Part shown: piece by piece, positions 33,336-43,700 of the stretch | How positions within the stretch are numbered: the first letter of the stretch is position 1 | Layout: each line of letters starts with the position of its first letter | IMG/VR virus record: IMGVR_UViG_3300031992_000020 | Direction: 5' to 3' (one strand) | Source of the DNA: a virus | Lineage: Duplodnaviria; Heunggongvirae; Uroviricota; Caudoviricetes | Length of the DNA stretch: 64,000 nt | Translations under genes and position numbers: made by a program | The notes under the pieces: model-generated | Databases searched by the model: none | Told to the model about the DNA's origin: nothing | Seen by the model: the letters and a program-made list of their open reading frames with translations, nothing else

Positions 33336-33801
33336 GAATAATCCAAACCCCCTTTACATTCTCAAATTCTCCAATATAAGGAGTAGATAAAGACTTATAC
33401 ATATTCTGTATAGTCGGTGCAGTTACAAATGCGCGGCCTTCCCGCAGACTATCGCGGCGAATACATTCATTAATAGGAGTATCCATCATAATGAATATAA
33501 TATCATACTTGTCTGCGGTCACCTGTCTCTTCGCTAAGGCACGAACCAACTTGTGGCGAGCCCCATGAGAAAGATGAGTAGCATCAGCAACCATATCGTG
33601 ACCGTTGAGCAAACCATCAGCGAGGATATCAACGAACTTGTCATAAACTTCATCCTCATGAGCAAAAATGTATTCGTTGTCCTTGACGATAGAGAGCCGC
33701 ACAATATCACGAGAAATATAATTCACATTGTGAAGATGAGCCTTTGCAAAAGTAGACTTACCACTTCCTGGAACTCCTACCATCACATACAACGTAGACA
33801 T
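33328..33801 (-). CDS. P-loop kinase (polynucleotide-kinase-like)
   Basis: Walker A GVPGSGKST. Confidence 0.45.
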   Translation of the reverse strand: MSTLYVMVGVPGSGKSTFAKAHLHNVNYISRDIVRLSIVKDNEYIFAHEDEVYDKFVDILADGLLNGHDMVADATHLSHGARHKLVRALAKRQVTADKYDIIFIMMDTPINECIRRDSLREGRAFVTAPTIQNMYKSLSTPYIGEFENVKGVWIIRE

Positions 33802-33802
33802 T

Positions 33803-34099
33803 TTACTTCAATCCTTTCAGATAATTTTGATATTTAGGATGCTGGCGTTCATATTCCAGCTCTTCTTCGGCCTCTTGTTTATATTTACCTTCTGCAAAGT
33901 CTGCCAGAAATTGTGCTTTTTCAAGTTCATTTCGACATTCAATATGATTTACGGTGTGCTTACAATGCCAACAATACATCAATTTTCTATGAAAAGCTCC
34001 ATGCTGATTTGATTGCTGGCGAGTCAATGGAATCCCTTTTTCACCGCAGTTAATGCAATAAAAATCATGAGTCGTAAAACTGTTAGCTCTTTTTCCCAT
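33803..34099 (-). CDS. hypothetical zinc-ribbon protein
   Basis: CINCG..CWHC. Confidence 0.35.
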   Translation of the reverse strand: MGKRANSFTTHDFYCINCGEKGIPLTRQQSNQHGAFHRKLMYCWHCKHTVNHIECRNELEKAQFLADFAEGKYKQEAEEELEYERQHPKYQNYLKGLK

Positions 34100-34100
34100 T

Positions 34101-34220
34101 TTACCGCACCCCCAGCTTTGTCTTAATATAAGACCAAGCGGACGACCATGCCCCAGGATACGTTACATAATGCTGACCAAGAATCAAAACAGTTAATGCT
34201 ACAAAAGTTACCCAGCTCAT
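34101..34220 (-). CDS. small hydrophobic protein (39 aa)
   Basis: RBS GGAGGG then ATG; stop overlaps next start (TAAAATG). Confidence 0.3.
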   Translation of the reverse strand: MSWVTFVALTVLILGQHYVTYPGAWSSAWSYIKTKLGVR

Positions 34221-34247
34221 AATATCCCTCCTTCATTTTCTATAAAT

Positions 34248-34276
34248 ATTATATCATATAATTTTAAAATTTTCAA
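34248..34276 (-). promoter_or_regulatory. sigma70-type promoter TTGAAA-17-TATAAT
   Basis: reverse complement reads TTGAAAATTTTAAAATTATATGATATAAT. Confidence 0.6.
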
Positions 34277-35141
34277 ATCCGATTTCTACGGCACGCTTGC
34301 TGTCCTGCATATGCACATCTCGGTCATAGAATCCGGTCACATTCATAGTCAGACAGTTTAACACATATCCACGACCATAAAATGTCATTCCAGTATCCAT
34401 ACCAATGTGCCAACCACTTGTGTCGCCATCTTTATAAGTAGAGCGATAAGCAACAGGCCGCATGTTGCGTTCATGCTGGAATTCAGCAGGAGTGGAATCA
34501 CTTAGATAACAAGTAGGAGTATGCCCAAATACAATAATTTTATCTTCTGGCCAACAGGCATTTAATAAAGAACGATCCCAAATCATTTCATTGTAATCAT
34601 CTTTATCAATTAAATCTCCATTATATTCGCAGTCATTCACACGCTGCCATGCTTCATATGATCCACCTGCATGGCTAAAACATATAGGAGCTTGAAATTG
34701 TGAATCTAACTGAAAAGTAACGACAGTTTCATTTTCTAACCGATTAATAAATTCTGTACTTGCTCCATCAATTAACCAATCTTTTAGAGTGGATCGACCT
34801 CCATTATATAAATGAAGTCCAGTATAATGAAGCCAGTGGCACCAACCAATAATTTCATTAGCTTCGTCAATAGTATGAGTTTTATTAGCTACTTCTGGAT
34901 ACTGACTGATAATTTCACGAGCCGCATGAATAAATATATCTTCATGATTGCCGCGAATATAAACCATCTGCGGATCATCAAGAATGGCTTCCATAATATC
35001 CATGCCAAACGGACCGCGATCACAAGCATCGCCGCCATAAATAATCATACACTCTGGATCTTGTTTTAAGCACCAATCGCGCATAGTTTGAAACAAATCA
35101 AGTTGACCATGCACATCAGTAAAATAAAAAATATCGTGCAT
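34254..35141 (-). CDS. Ser/Thr-phosphatase-like metallophosphatase
   Basis: GD..D..GNHE motifs. Confidence 0.55.
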   Translation of the reverse strand: MHDIFYFTDVHGQLDLFQTMRDWCLKQDPECMIIYGGDACDRGPFGMDIMEAILDDPQMVYIRGNHEDIFIHAAREIISQYPEVANKTHTIDEANEIIGWCHWLHYTGLHLYNGGRSTLKDWLIDGASTEFINRLENETVVTFQLDSQFQAPICFSHAGGSYEAWQRVNDCEYNGDLIDKDDYNEMIWDRSLLNACWPEDKIIVFGHTPTCYLSDSTPAEFQHERNMRPVAYRSTYKDGDTSGWHIGMDTGMTFYGRGYVLNCLTMNVTGFYDRDVHMQDSKRAVEIGFENFKII

Positions 35142-35326
35142 TATTATTCACCCCTAACTTTCATCTTTTTCCTCTGTTGTTTCAGATATAATTCGTGCAT
35201 ATATCGCATATGCTCTTCCCACTCTTGATCTACATCACGATGCGGGTTATTTGCGCACAAAAGAGCATATAGCATCATACAAAAGGCACAAAACATAATA
35301 ACACCAACTATGATTATAATAGCCAT

Positions 35327-35620
35327 TTACCACACATCCTCACTGAACAGTTCTCTTACTGCCCATCCACGCTTATACTCTTCTGCGGGAAGCTGGTTAG
35401 CGTCCCATGCTTCTTTATATGCCTGAGTTCTAGTGTAAAACTTATCTTCTCGATCAAGGAATCCTTGTTCAAGAGTGAGGAAATCGGCAATTTTATATCC
35501 AAGATCATGCAAGATCTGAAAAGCATCACAATGCCGATGACAAGGAATAATAACTATCTTGTTTTGTTTAAGGTCTTTAATCTTAACTGCGGCACGTACC
35601 ATTTTTGGCATACTTATCAC
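35327..35620 (-). CDS. hypothetical protein
   Basis: ORF track. Confidence 0.35.
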   Translation of the reverse strand: MISMPKMVRAAVKIKDLKQNKIVIIPCHRHCDAFQILHDLGYKIADFLTLEQGFLDREDKFYTRTQAYKEAWDANQLPAEEYKRGWAVRELFSEDVW

Positions 35621-35814
35621 TCCTCACACAAATATTCCGGATCTGGTTCAACCCCAGCTTCTTTGCAAATTTCCTTATAATATTCATCACACCAGGCTTC
35701 CATCAAAGAGTAATCATAATCAATATCAACGTCGCCCTCTTCTCGTGCGCGCTGGCATGCCATCTCATAAGCCTGGTCATAAAATCCGGCGTGCAGTTCC
35801 TTCATGTTCTCCAT
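35617..35814 (-). CDS. hypothetical protein
   Basis: RBS AAGGGAGG then ATG (MENMKE..). Confidence 0.4.
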   Translation of the reverse strand: MENMKELHAGFYDQAYEMACQRAREEGDVDIDYDYSLMEAWCDEYYKEICKEAGVEPDPEYLCEE

Positions 35815-35843
35815 AATAATTCCTCCCTTCACTTTCTATAATT

Positions 35844-35872
35844 ATTATATCATTTTATTTTAAATTTTTCAA
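35844..35872 (-). promoter_or_regulatory. sigma70-type promoter TTGAAA-17-TATAAT
   Basis: reverse complement reads TTGAAAAATTTAAAATAAAATGATATAAT. Confidence 0.6.
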
Positions 35873-35882
35873 ATAGAAAAGG

Positions 35883-35903
35883 GGAGAGGTTAAACCTCTC
35901 CTC
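35883..35903 (-). terminator. terminator hairpin GGAGAGGTTTAAACCTCTCC
   Basis: palindrome then T-rich tract, immediately upstream of the promoter. Confidence 0.55.
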
Positions 35904-35965
35904 CAAGATTACGAATTTTTCGTTTCAATTTCTTAACAATTTTAAAATTATGCGGGCCACGTGTA

Positions 35966-36295
35966 TCAAGCAATGCTGCCCTCGACTTCAAGACTTCCAT
36001 CCTCGTTGATTTCGACAGGGTCATTATTATCCTCCTCAATTCGAGCTGCTTCTGCAAGCAACATTTTATCCAAAGTAGGCAAAGGAATCGGCAAATATAT
36101 CCCAGGCGGGACCAATTTAGTAAGTTCTTCACCTTCGCGCACAACAGCATTACAACGTTCACAAATCAGAACAGTATCTTTTTCTCCTCTTGCTGTCGTG
36201 ATAAAACGAGCAAGACTCCGACACTCCGGGCAAGTCGAAGCCTGCTTGTCCTTTTTAATTCGTCTATCATAAATACGACGCTGTTCTCTATTCAT
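35966..36295 (-). CDS. hypothetical zinc-ribbon protein
   Basis: CPECR..CERC. Confidence 0.35.
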   Translation of the reverse strand: MNREQRRIYDRRIKKDKQASTCPECRSLARFITTARGEKDTVLICERCNAVVREGEELTKLVPPGIYLPIPLPTLDKMLLAEAARIEEDNNDPVEINEDGSLEVEGSIA

Positions 36296-36762
36296 TATTC
36301 TACCTCATCTAAAGTTTTTGCAGTATTCAATAGGATCTGCTTTAATTGGTCAGTCATTTTAAAACGTGCGGCATTTACTTCAATAGAAGTTAAGAGATTA
36401 CCATTGTGCTGACGTTCACTTGCGGCTTTCCAATCAGCAAGCATTTCGACCAGATCAATTAAATTCATATCATTGATTCCATTTGCAAAATGCTCAGGAT
36501 GATGACGATATGTAGCATAATGATGATCCAGCGCCGGTTTCAGACCAGTTAGGCACTGTTTGTATTCTTCGCTATTGTATTCAGTGGTAGCAAGTTTAGG
36601 AGTATATTCAGCAAAAAGCTCTACTTCCGGGGATTCCAGCTTGGCGGCGTCATGATTGACGCCGCGGCTGGTCAATTTATCAGTGAAAAACCGAATATAT
36701 TTTCGGACTTTTTCAATATGTTTCTGTGTTTCAACACGACATTCATCAAGCGTCATCGTCAA
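36295..36762 (-). CDS. hypothetical protein
   Basis: ORF track. Confidence 0.35.
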   Translation of the reverse strand: MTMTLDECRVETQKHIEKVRKYIRFFTDKLTSRGVNHDAAKLESPEVELFAEYTPKLATTEYNSEEYKQCLTGLKPALDHHYATYRHHPEHFANGINDMNLIDLVEMLADWKAASERQHNGNLLTSIEVNAARFKMTDQLKQILLNTAKTLDEVE

Positions 36763-38149
36763 GTACCTCCTGGGCTTCTTCGATGTCAGGCGCAGTTGCT
36801 TCGTCCTTTGCGATACCTTCCAGTACCTTGAAAGAGAAGTTCTTGTGCTTGTATACAGCGAAGTTAGAACGGTTAAGGATACGGGCTACTACGCCTTCGC
36901 GCACATGGGTCTTACCAATAGGATCAGGCCCATCGAAATACTTCTCTACCTTACGGAGAACATATTCGCCGGCATTTACTTCGCATGGAGACCCAACATC
37001 GTCTGGAAGCTGAATCATATCAGGAATTATGAAGGTTTCAAACTCCATAACAGTATGTACACCCATCTGCTCACAACGTTCCTTGATCTGAGTAGGAGAA
37101 TATTCTACCACATCACCATCTTCGTTGACCATAGTCATACGATAGACATATACGTCACAACAAGGCTCAAAGTAAGCCAGAGTTCCGGTCTCATCGTAAT
37201 AAGCACCATCGTAACCATTGCTTGCATCGCATCCATAAGAGAAAGTAGTAGTAGATCCATACTGCTTTACGAACTCAGGATCCTTTACCTTGCTGTTAGC
37301 AACCTGAGACATAATAGGCGCACCCTTAGGCCCCTGGAAACCAACAATCTCGTAATAAACTACTTCACCCTTGCGGAGCTTGTTTTCAAACTTAGCCGCC
37401 ATAGCCATACGGAAATTATCAGAATCATAGAATCCACCAGAACGCTTTCCATCCAGGACAACACGACGAGTTCCAGTGATGTATCCATACTCCTTATAGT
37501 CCTTACCATGACGATGGAACAGTTTATCGAGCCAGGTCTGCTTGGTATGAACCAAAGGCAGATATCCAGTACGACCAGAAGTACCATGCATTTTCAAAGT
37601 AAGCTGAACAGTGTCGCCAGGCTTGAATGCATTCATGTTATAGGCAAGCTGTGCAGTATCAACATGCTCATAGAAAGTAGGAGCAATGTTAGCTTTTGCC
37701 TTCTTAGCAGTCTTAGATCCAGGCGCGCCAGGAGTGCGAGACTTATGAGGGATATACTTCTGACAGATCAATTCACCATTCAGAGTATCAATAGTGTCTC
37801 CAACCTTCAAATCAGAAATCTTGCAGAAATCAGCCAAACAGGTGAGAGGCATATAAAGACCATCGGACTTCTCGCCACGGAGCTTCAATGCCTTGATATT
37901 GCGCTTCTCAGGGTCCAGATATCCGCCAGCCTGCTTGCCATTTTCATCCTTGCGGCGAACCAGATCATTTACCGCGCAAAAGCGCTCAGAAAGCTGACCA
38001 TCAACAGGGAAATATACGCCAATATCCCCGATCTTGGTGTCAAGACCAACAATAGTGTCATTACCGAAGAAAGTAGCAATTTGAAGACGATCAGCATTAG
38101 AGTGCTTGCGCAGATGCTCAACTCTTACAACAAAACCAGTATATGCCAT
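36746..38149 (-). CDS. hypothetical protein, possible nucleotidyltransferase/RNA-ligase-like with a tRNA-binding-like N-terminus
   Basis: 467 aa; KMHGTS motif I-like; weak evidence. Confidence 0.3.
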   Translation of the reverse strand: MAYTGFVVRVEHLRKHSNADRLQIATFFGNDTIVGLDTKIGDIGVYFPVDGQLSERFCAVNDLVRRKDENGKQAGGYLDPEKRNIKALKLRGEKSDGLYMPLTCLADFCKISDLKVGDTIDTLNGELICQKYIPHKSRTPGAPGSKTAKKAKANIAPTFYEHVDTAQLAYNMNAFKPGDTVQLTLKMHGTSGRTGYLPLVHTKQTWLDKLFHRHGKDYKEYGYITGTRRVVLDGKRSGGFYDSDNFRMAMAAKFENKLRKGEVVYYEIVGFQGPKGAPIMSQVANSKVKDPEFVKQYGSTTTFSYGCDASNGYDGAYYDETGTLAYFEPCCDVYVYRMTMVNEDGDVVEYSPTQIKERCEQMGVHTVMEFETFIIPDMIQLPDDVGSPCEVNAGEYVLRKVEKYFDGPDPIGKTHVREGVVARILNRSNFAVYKHKNFSFKVLEGIAKDEATAPDIEEAQEVLDDDA

Positions 38150-38178
38150 ATATTATCCCTCCTTAATATAAGTTTTTT

Positions 38179-38514
38179 TTATAAAGGCATATCTTCTTCA
38201 TCAATTATAAAACCTAAGTCAGTAAGTGTATTAAACTGTGCTTGTGTTAAACGATTTTCTACATAATATACGCTCGTAGGATCAGAACGGCATGTGCGTT
38301 CTTTACCATATTTACCAATTACATGGTCATAATAAATCTTTACACGGCCGGACGATTCGGCGGACCACTCATCCAATCCCCAAAGATCCATAGCAAGATC
38401 ACCATGACCACAATAATCGCAATGATAATGCGTACCATCATAATCAATCCACCCCGTTGCATCAGTGGTTTTTAAATAATCGGGTAAAACCACATCATCA
38501 AGATCTATCATCAT
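38179..38514 (-). CDS. hypothetical protein
   Basis: ORF track. Confidence 0.35.
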   Translation of the reverse strand: MMIDLDDVVLPDYLKTTDATGWIDYDGTHYHCDYCGHGDLAMDLWGLDEWSAESSGRVKIYYDHVIGKYGKERTCRSDPTSVYYVENRLTQAQFNTLTDLGFIIDEEDMPL

Positions 38515-38590
38515 AGCTTATCAATCAGTCCCCGCACGCTAAAACCTAACGTGAAGAAAGAAATACACAAAGAAATAATTTGTATAGTAG

Positions 38591-38878
38591 TCATTCTGGA
38601 TATTTACCCTCCCAGATAAAAAATTCAGTGTGAGAACCTACGTCAATGCGGGTCCGACCATCTTTCTGTTGCCAAACGCGAGTGTAATACCGTTTGAACA
38701 GATTTACCTTAGACATATCAAACTCTTCACCATATCGGTCCATAGATGCAGCAATCTTGCGAGAATTACAATTCTCAATGAAATCATCAATAGTCTCATT
38801 CACATCTTGCCAAGTATGGCAATCAGCAATCAATCTTTCATTGCCTTCTGAATTTTCAAACCAAAGTTTCATGGCCAT
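38591..38878 (-). CDS. hypothetical protein
   Basis: RBS GAGGGG then ATG (MAMKLW..). Confidence 0.4.
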   Translation of the reverse strand: MAMKLWFENSEGNERLIADCHTWQDVNETIDDFIENCNSRKIAASMDRYGEEFDMSKVNLFKRYYTRVWQQKDGRTRIDVGSHTEFFIWEGKYPE

Positions 38879-38897
38879 CCCCTCACTTTCTATATAT

Positions 38898-38926
38898 ATT
38901 ATATAATAAATTTTTATAATAATCAA
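38898..38926 (-). promoter_or_regulatory. sigma70-type promoter TTGATT-17-TATAAT
   Basis: reverse complement reads TTGATTATTATAAAAATTTATTATATAAT. Confidence 0.6.
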
Positions 38927-39219
38927 TTAAGGCATATTGGAGGTTGCCCAAAAGGCCAATCACCTATCTCATTCTGCCAATCTCTACGCGGCGAATCAAC
39001 ATAATAAGGGATAGCAGGCTGATATGCTGGGAACTGATAGGGCTCTTGCTTTTTAAAATACCCAATGGGGCTAGCAAGAGGTACGAACATATAGACGTAA
39101 GAGCCAGCAACAGACATTGGCGCATTCTTCACCCATTTCTTCGCCTCTTGCTCACTGCTGCATAGGATTTGAGGAACAAACTCATTCGTTCCGAGTGGTT
39201 GAAAACAAATTAGCCACAT
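38923..39219 (-). CDS. hypothetical protein
   Basis: ORF track. Confidence 0.35.
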   Translation of the reverse strand: MWLICFQPLGTNEFVPQILCSSEQEAKKWVKNAPMSVAGSYVYMFVPLASPIGYFKKQEPYQFPAYQPAIPYYVDSPRRDWQNEIGDWPFGQPPICLN

Positions 39220-40025
39220 ACTTCATTCTCTCCTAACGTTACATATACCATTTTGCATAGCTGCCGCATATAAAAGTCAACATTAAATACTTCTTTATCA
39301 GTATAATGATCTCTGACATAAGGATATGCTACTTTCTCCATCCAAGTTACCAAGTCCCGCATATAAGTAAGTGCAACATCACGCGGCATAGGATGTTCTT
39401 TAATATCAAGAAGCATTGTCCGCATATCACTTACATCTGTTGCTTCGTCAAAAGGCCGATTAAACATAAAAAACCGAATAAAAGATTCCTTGATGCGGAA
39501 AGCATTCATCAAACTCTTGGGATTATATTCACATTCAGGCCGATAACCAAGAGATTCGCTTGTGCTCGTAAAAGCACGCTCAATAGCCTGATGCAAATAA
39601 CCCAACCAAGTCTGTCCTGCACGATACATATTGTGGCGGCTGAGATTATCACGTATATTCATTAGCTCTTCATAAAGCCATTCCCAACCAGGAGCAATAT
39701 CAACATACTCGGTATAAAGAGTTTCAAGGAAATTGATATTACATTTAATCCACTGCTTGCACATAGAAGGAAATGCTTTTACTTCTGCATGAGATCCATC
39801 GGGCATTTCAATAGTAGTATTGTATTTTTCAATATCTCCCCAAGTCCAATCATTAAGTTCTGGAATAATTACGCTTTTAGTATCAACATCGCTGTTTTCA
39901 TTGTCGAGGCCATAGTTCTGTGATCCAAAAAGCGCAGTCATTACTCTGATGCCGCCATGCTTAGAACACCACTCGTCAACACTCTCGGCATGTTCAAATA
40001 CTTTACGAAGTGCTTCTTCGCGCAT
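39210..40025 (-). CDS. nucleotidyltransferase-domain protein
   Basis: GSQNYG..SDVD motif. Confidence 0.45.
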   Translation of the reverse strand: MREEALRKVFEHAESVDEWCSKHGGIRVMTALFGSQNYGLDNENSDVDTKSVIIPELNDWTWGDIEKYNTTIEMPDGSHAEVKAFPSMCKQWIKCNINFLETLYTEYVDIAPGWEWLYEELMNIRDNLSRHNMYRAGQTWLGYLHQAIERAFTSTSESLGYRPECEYNPKSLMNAFRIKESFIRFFMFNRPFDEATDVSDMRTMLLDIKEHPMPRDVALTYMRDLVTWMEKVAYPYVRDHYTDKEVFNVDFYMRQLCKMVYVTLGENEVCG

Positions 40026-40037
40026 AACTAATCCTCC

Positions 40038-40850
40038 TTAAATTCTTCTCAAAATAAACTGTGCATGAGTGTTTGCATCAGGTTCAAAGAACCCGAACTC
40101 TTTTTCCCATTTGTCCATGAGATAAGGCAGCTGGTAATGATTTTCAAAGATCGGAATATAATGAACATTTAATGCATCCTGGAACATTTTGAGATTCCAA
40201 GAATAATAATCTTCGTCCAATTCTTCATGCCAACCATTATCAACCCACTGATACTTCATAAGGAAATGCGTCAAGCCTTTCCAAGACATAATAGTACCAT
40301 GCTTATCTTCAAAATCTTCAATATATTTTTCATCAATATGGCCGATATCAATAATATTATTTATCTCTTGGACACGAAGATACGGATATTTAAGTCCGCT
40401 ATTCCAATACCAATACATATCTCTGATAGTAATATATTTGGGTTTAATGTTATTAATCAGAATTTGTAAAGCACTTATCTCATTAAAAGAGAATACTTCA
40501 TGCAAAACCGATGAAAAATTAATTGCAACTTCATCGGGAGCGAATCTGCTGATGTATCTCAACATTTCATTTAATTCATTGCGATAAAAATATTTGATAT
40601 TATACTGATCTGTCAAAAAGGGCGCTGCTTTATAACTTTTTGCCTTTTTAATCATTACTTCATCAGAATCATAGCCAATAAAAGTCATATTTCTGAAATG
40701 AGGAGCAATAAATCGAAGAAGTGACCCATCCGCGCACCCAAAGTCAATAACGCATTTGACTCCTGGGATCTTATCCATGAAAAACATTTTGTCGATCAAG
40801 GATTTAGCCATTTCTTCGTTATAAATACGATAATCTCTTACATCAGACAT
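40038..40850 (-). CDS. SAM-dependent methyltransferase
   Basis: VIDFGCADGS motif I. Confidence 0.55.
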   Translation of the reverse strand: MSDVRDYRIYNEEMAKSLIDKMFFMDKIPGVKCVIDFGCADGSLLRFIAPHFRNMTFIGYDSDEVMIKKAKSYKAAPFLTDQYNIKYFYRNELNEMLRYISRFAPDEVAINFSSVLHEVFSFNEISALQILINNIKPKYITIRDMYWYWNSGLKYPYLRVQEINNIIDIGHIDEKYIEDFEDKHGTIMSWKGLTHFLMKYQWVDNGWHEELDEDYYSWNLKMFQDALNVHYIPIFENHYQLPYLMDKWEKEFGFFEPDANTHAQFILRRI

Positions 40851-41084
40851 TTAATTATTGTCCTCCTCTATATCTATTATTGGCGCCCATACTTCAAATA
40901 TAGCATCATCAGGCACGGTATCATCAATCATTTTAATTAATGAATCTCCTGTTGCGAGCAATATAATTCCTTCTGGCTCTTCTTTATATCTTGCCACAAT
41001 TCGTTCTTCGCCATTTAACATTCCCATTGCCATTGCTTGTGGTATCAATTCTTTGGTTAAATTTTGCACTTTACACCATTTCAT
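40851..41084 (-). CDS. hypothetical protein
   Basis: RBS GAGGAG then ATG. Confidence 0.35.
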   Translation of the reverse strand: MKWCKVQNLTKELIPQAMAMGMLNGEERIVARYKEEPEGIILLATGDSLIKMIDDTVPDDAIFEVWAPIIDIEEDNN

Positions 41085-41110
41085 ATGGTATCTCCTCACT
41101 TTCTATATAT

Positions 41111-41139
41111 ATTATATAATAAATTCTTAAAATTTTCAA
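41111..41139 (-). promoter_or_regulatory. sigma70-type promoter TTGAAA-17-TATAAT
   Basis: reverse complement reads TTGAAAATTTTAAGAATTTATTATATAAT. Confidence 0.6.
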
Positions 41140-41147
41140 ATAGCTAA

Positions 41148-41870
41148 TTATTTAACTAAATATTTAGATGAAAATATATCATCTAATGTAATATCGTCAC
41201 GCTTATAATATGGTATTCTTATTAAATCAATATTATTTTCTAATGCCCATTGATTTTTTTCTTGATCATGTATTTTAATTGTTTCTGTTAAATTTTTAAA
41301 ATATCCAAAACATTGTCCATCGTGCTGTGGTCCATCAAATTCAATTAATCTTGTTACTTTATTGTCTGTTAATATAGCAAAATCATAACGACGATGTTGA
41401 TTATTTATTATTACGTCATATTCTTTAATATAATTAATATTAGCTTCTTGTAATAGTTTGCTTATATTAATTTCTCCAACTGAATGCGCACAACCGCAAG
41501 ACGTTTTTGCGTTTAATTTTAAATTACGCGCAGAAGCTAAGGTCATATTACCACAGTCACATTGACATAACCATACTACTGATCCATTACTTCGCTGTTC
41601 TGTTGCTTTAATAGGGGTTAATAATCCAAATTTCATATTACTTAAATCTTCAATTTTACGACCGCCTGCTTTATTATTAATACCTTCTTTTCGTAAACAT
41701 CCACAAGATTTAGTTGAATTTTTTAATAAATATTTTGCTGCGACAACTTTTTGATTACCACAATCACACTAGCATAGCCAATGTGCTCCTTTTTCATCTG
41801 ATGGAACATAAGAAAGCACTGTAAGTCGACCAAAACGTTGTCCTGTTAAATCTTTAATTCTTTTATCCAT
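41148..41870 (-). CDS. tandem CxC..CGC zinc-ribbon nuclease-like protein with one in-frame TAG (41769-41771)
   Basis: RBS AAAGGAGAA then ATG at 41870; the W-L-C-(Q)-C-D-C-G-N..S-C-G-C module occurs on both sides of the TAG in one frame. Confidence 0.5.
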
Positions 41871-41938
41871 TGCAATTCTCCTTTTTATAAATTGCAAATA
41901 AAATAAATACCTTTGATTTTTTCTGCCCATATAAAAAA

Positions 41939-41968
41939 AATCAAGGGAGCCATATAATGACTCCCTTG
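41939..41968 (-). terminator. terminator hairpin (caagggag/ctcccttg) plus T tract
   Basis: downstream of the TROVE/vWA gene stop. Confidence 0.5.
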
Positions 41969-41976
41969 AATAGTTA

Positions 41977-43482
41977 TTAAGCGTGGATGCAAGCGTAACG
42001 CTCTGAATCAATCGCTTCCAGCATCAGATCCCAACCGGTCTTTCCGGTCAAGATGCTCTGGAAGATGGAAGGACTGAAACCAGAGACATAGCTCACATAG
42101 TGGTTGCCAATCATAGGAATGTTGGCCTGGCGGGCATCAACGTTCCAATAGATCAGCTTAGGCATCTTCAAGCCATGGCTATTGAACTTGCGCTCAATGG
42201 TTTCCATGACAGACTCGGCATTTGCGGTGCACATGCCGCCGTTGCGATGCCAGTAGTTACCGGTTGCAGAGTCGAACTCCATGTCGCTGATAACGATCAT
42301 GTACTCAGGCAATGCGGCACCAGTGCGGAGCGCGGTATCCAGCACCATATCGAAAGCGACTTCGATATTAGTGTTCTCGCAAAGGTTGGTGCGCACAATG
42401 CGATATACCTTGTCGCAGAAGTCTACACCAGCAGTCTCAATCAGCTGAGGACGAGAGCTGAAACTGATGTAGTGATTGTGCCAAGGACCCTGGTTACGCT
42501 CTGCGCAGTACATACCAAGTGCCGTAGCAACATTGATAGGAGTACCGCTCATGGAGCCAGAGGTGTCGATCATGCAAAGAGCATCCAGCTTTGCACCCTT
42601 GAAATAATCGGTCAGATTATCCCAATACTTGTTGATCATAAGACGATCAACATTGTCCATATCTACATGGGTATTGCCCCAGTAGTTAGGACGCATAAGG
42701 TCGATTGCCTTCTCAACAACCTCATAAGGATAAAGCGTTCCCGCATTTACCTTAGTATTTTCGTCCTTAGCGAACTTCTCATACTTCGCCTTGATGATAT
42801 CGCGGCGAGCGAAGGCGTTCTTATAGATAAGACCAGCCTTGGAAGGGATCTTATCGAACTCGATTTCGTCCCAACGGTTAGCGGACATAAGAACTTCCAG
42901 AACATTGATGCGCGCACGCATAATGGACAGAGTCTTACGATACTCCTTATGGGACATACCGAGATACTGACGAGTGATATTGGCCAGACGAGCGGTCTCA
43001 GCAGAACTTGCGTTCTCAGACTTCAACCACTTTGCCAACAGAGAAGGGGTCTTGCACTCGATGTCCAGAGCAAGCTGACGCTTGATCAGAGCAAGGGCAT
43101 CATTCATCAGAGGAGTCCCTTCCAGAGCGTAGAGGTCATCCCAACGACCGAACTCAGGGAAGAATTCGATGTTCTTGCGGATGGACTCACGGGTAGACTT
43201 CTCCGTTGCGGCCCAATGCACAACAGTGCGGAAAAAACGACGCTCTCCCTGACCTCCGCGCACGTCACGGATATAGAAAAGCATCTTCATAGCCAGCTCT
43301 GCGTTCTCGGCAAAAGCCTTCTTGAACATAAGGATAACATCCTCATCAGAGCGGTTACGCATAGCCGCACCCATAGCAAACATATCCAACAGGTCACTGT
43401 TGGTAGTCTTATGCGTAATGCCATCATTCTCGGTCAGAGTGTAGTTGGTAGCGGCCTTCATTCCATTAAGTAAACTATTCAT
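41977..43482 (-). CDS. TROVE plus vWA domain protein (Ro60/Rsr-like, DUF2828-type)
   Basis: C-terminal MIDAS DTSGSMSG; N-terminal TROVE-like region. Confidence 0.55.
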   Translation of the reverse strand: MNSLLNGMKAATNYTLTENDGITHKTTNSDLLDMFAMGAAMRNRSDEDVILMFKKAFAENAELAMKMLFYIRDVRGGQGERRFFRTVVHWAATEKSTRESIRKNIEFFPEFGRWDDLYALEGTPLMNDALALIKRQLALDIECKTPSLLAKWLKSENASSAETARLANITRQYLGMSHKEYRKTLSIMRARINVLEVLMSANRWDEIEFDKIPSKAGLIYKNAFARRDIIKAKYEKFAKDENTKVNAGTLYPYEVVEKAIDLMRPNYWGNTHVDMDNVDRLMINKYWDNLTDYFKGAKLDALCMIDTSGSMSGTPINVATALGMYCAERNQGPWHNHYISFSSRPQLIETAGVDFCDKVYRIVRTNLCENTNIEVAFDMVLDTALRTGAALPEYMIVISDMEFDSATGNYWHRNGGMCTANAESVMETIERKFNSHGLKMPKLIYWNVDARQANIPMIGNHYVSYVSGFSPSIFQSILTGKTGWDLMLEAIDSERYACIHA

Positions 43483-43551
43483 TCCTTTTTCTCTCCTTTT
43501 GTTTTTGTGTTATAGGCTTGGACAAGCCTATTCATTTCTTATTACATATAT

Positions 43552-43580
43552 ATTATATAAAAAATTTTTATAAAAATCAA
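43552..43580 (-). promoter_or_regulatory. sigma70-type promoter TTGATT-17-TATAAT
   Basis: reverse complement reads TTGATTTTTATAAAAATTTTTTATATAAT. Confidence 0.6.
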
Positions 43581-43592
43581 GATAAAAAAATA

Positions 43593-43616
43593 AGGGGAGA
43601 TGTTTAACATCTCCCC
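43593..43616 (-). terminator. terminator hairpin GGGGAGATGTTTAACATCTCCCC
   Basis: palindrome then T tract, upstream of the promoter. Confidence 0.55.
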
Positions 43617-43700
43617 TGTGAATTAAATTACTTCTAAAAATTTAGCCATCATATAACCAGTTTTTCTTCCCCATTTTACTTTGCACCATTCTTCACCCGG

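Noticed and set aside
36656-38266. 536-aa plus-strand ORF (and other long plus-strand ORFs such as 17836..18810, 42100..43473, 52034..52753)
   Set aside because: They are antisense to well-supported minus-strand genes. They have low-complexity translations and no RBS or promoter, so they are antisense-frame artefacts.
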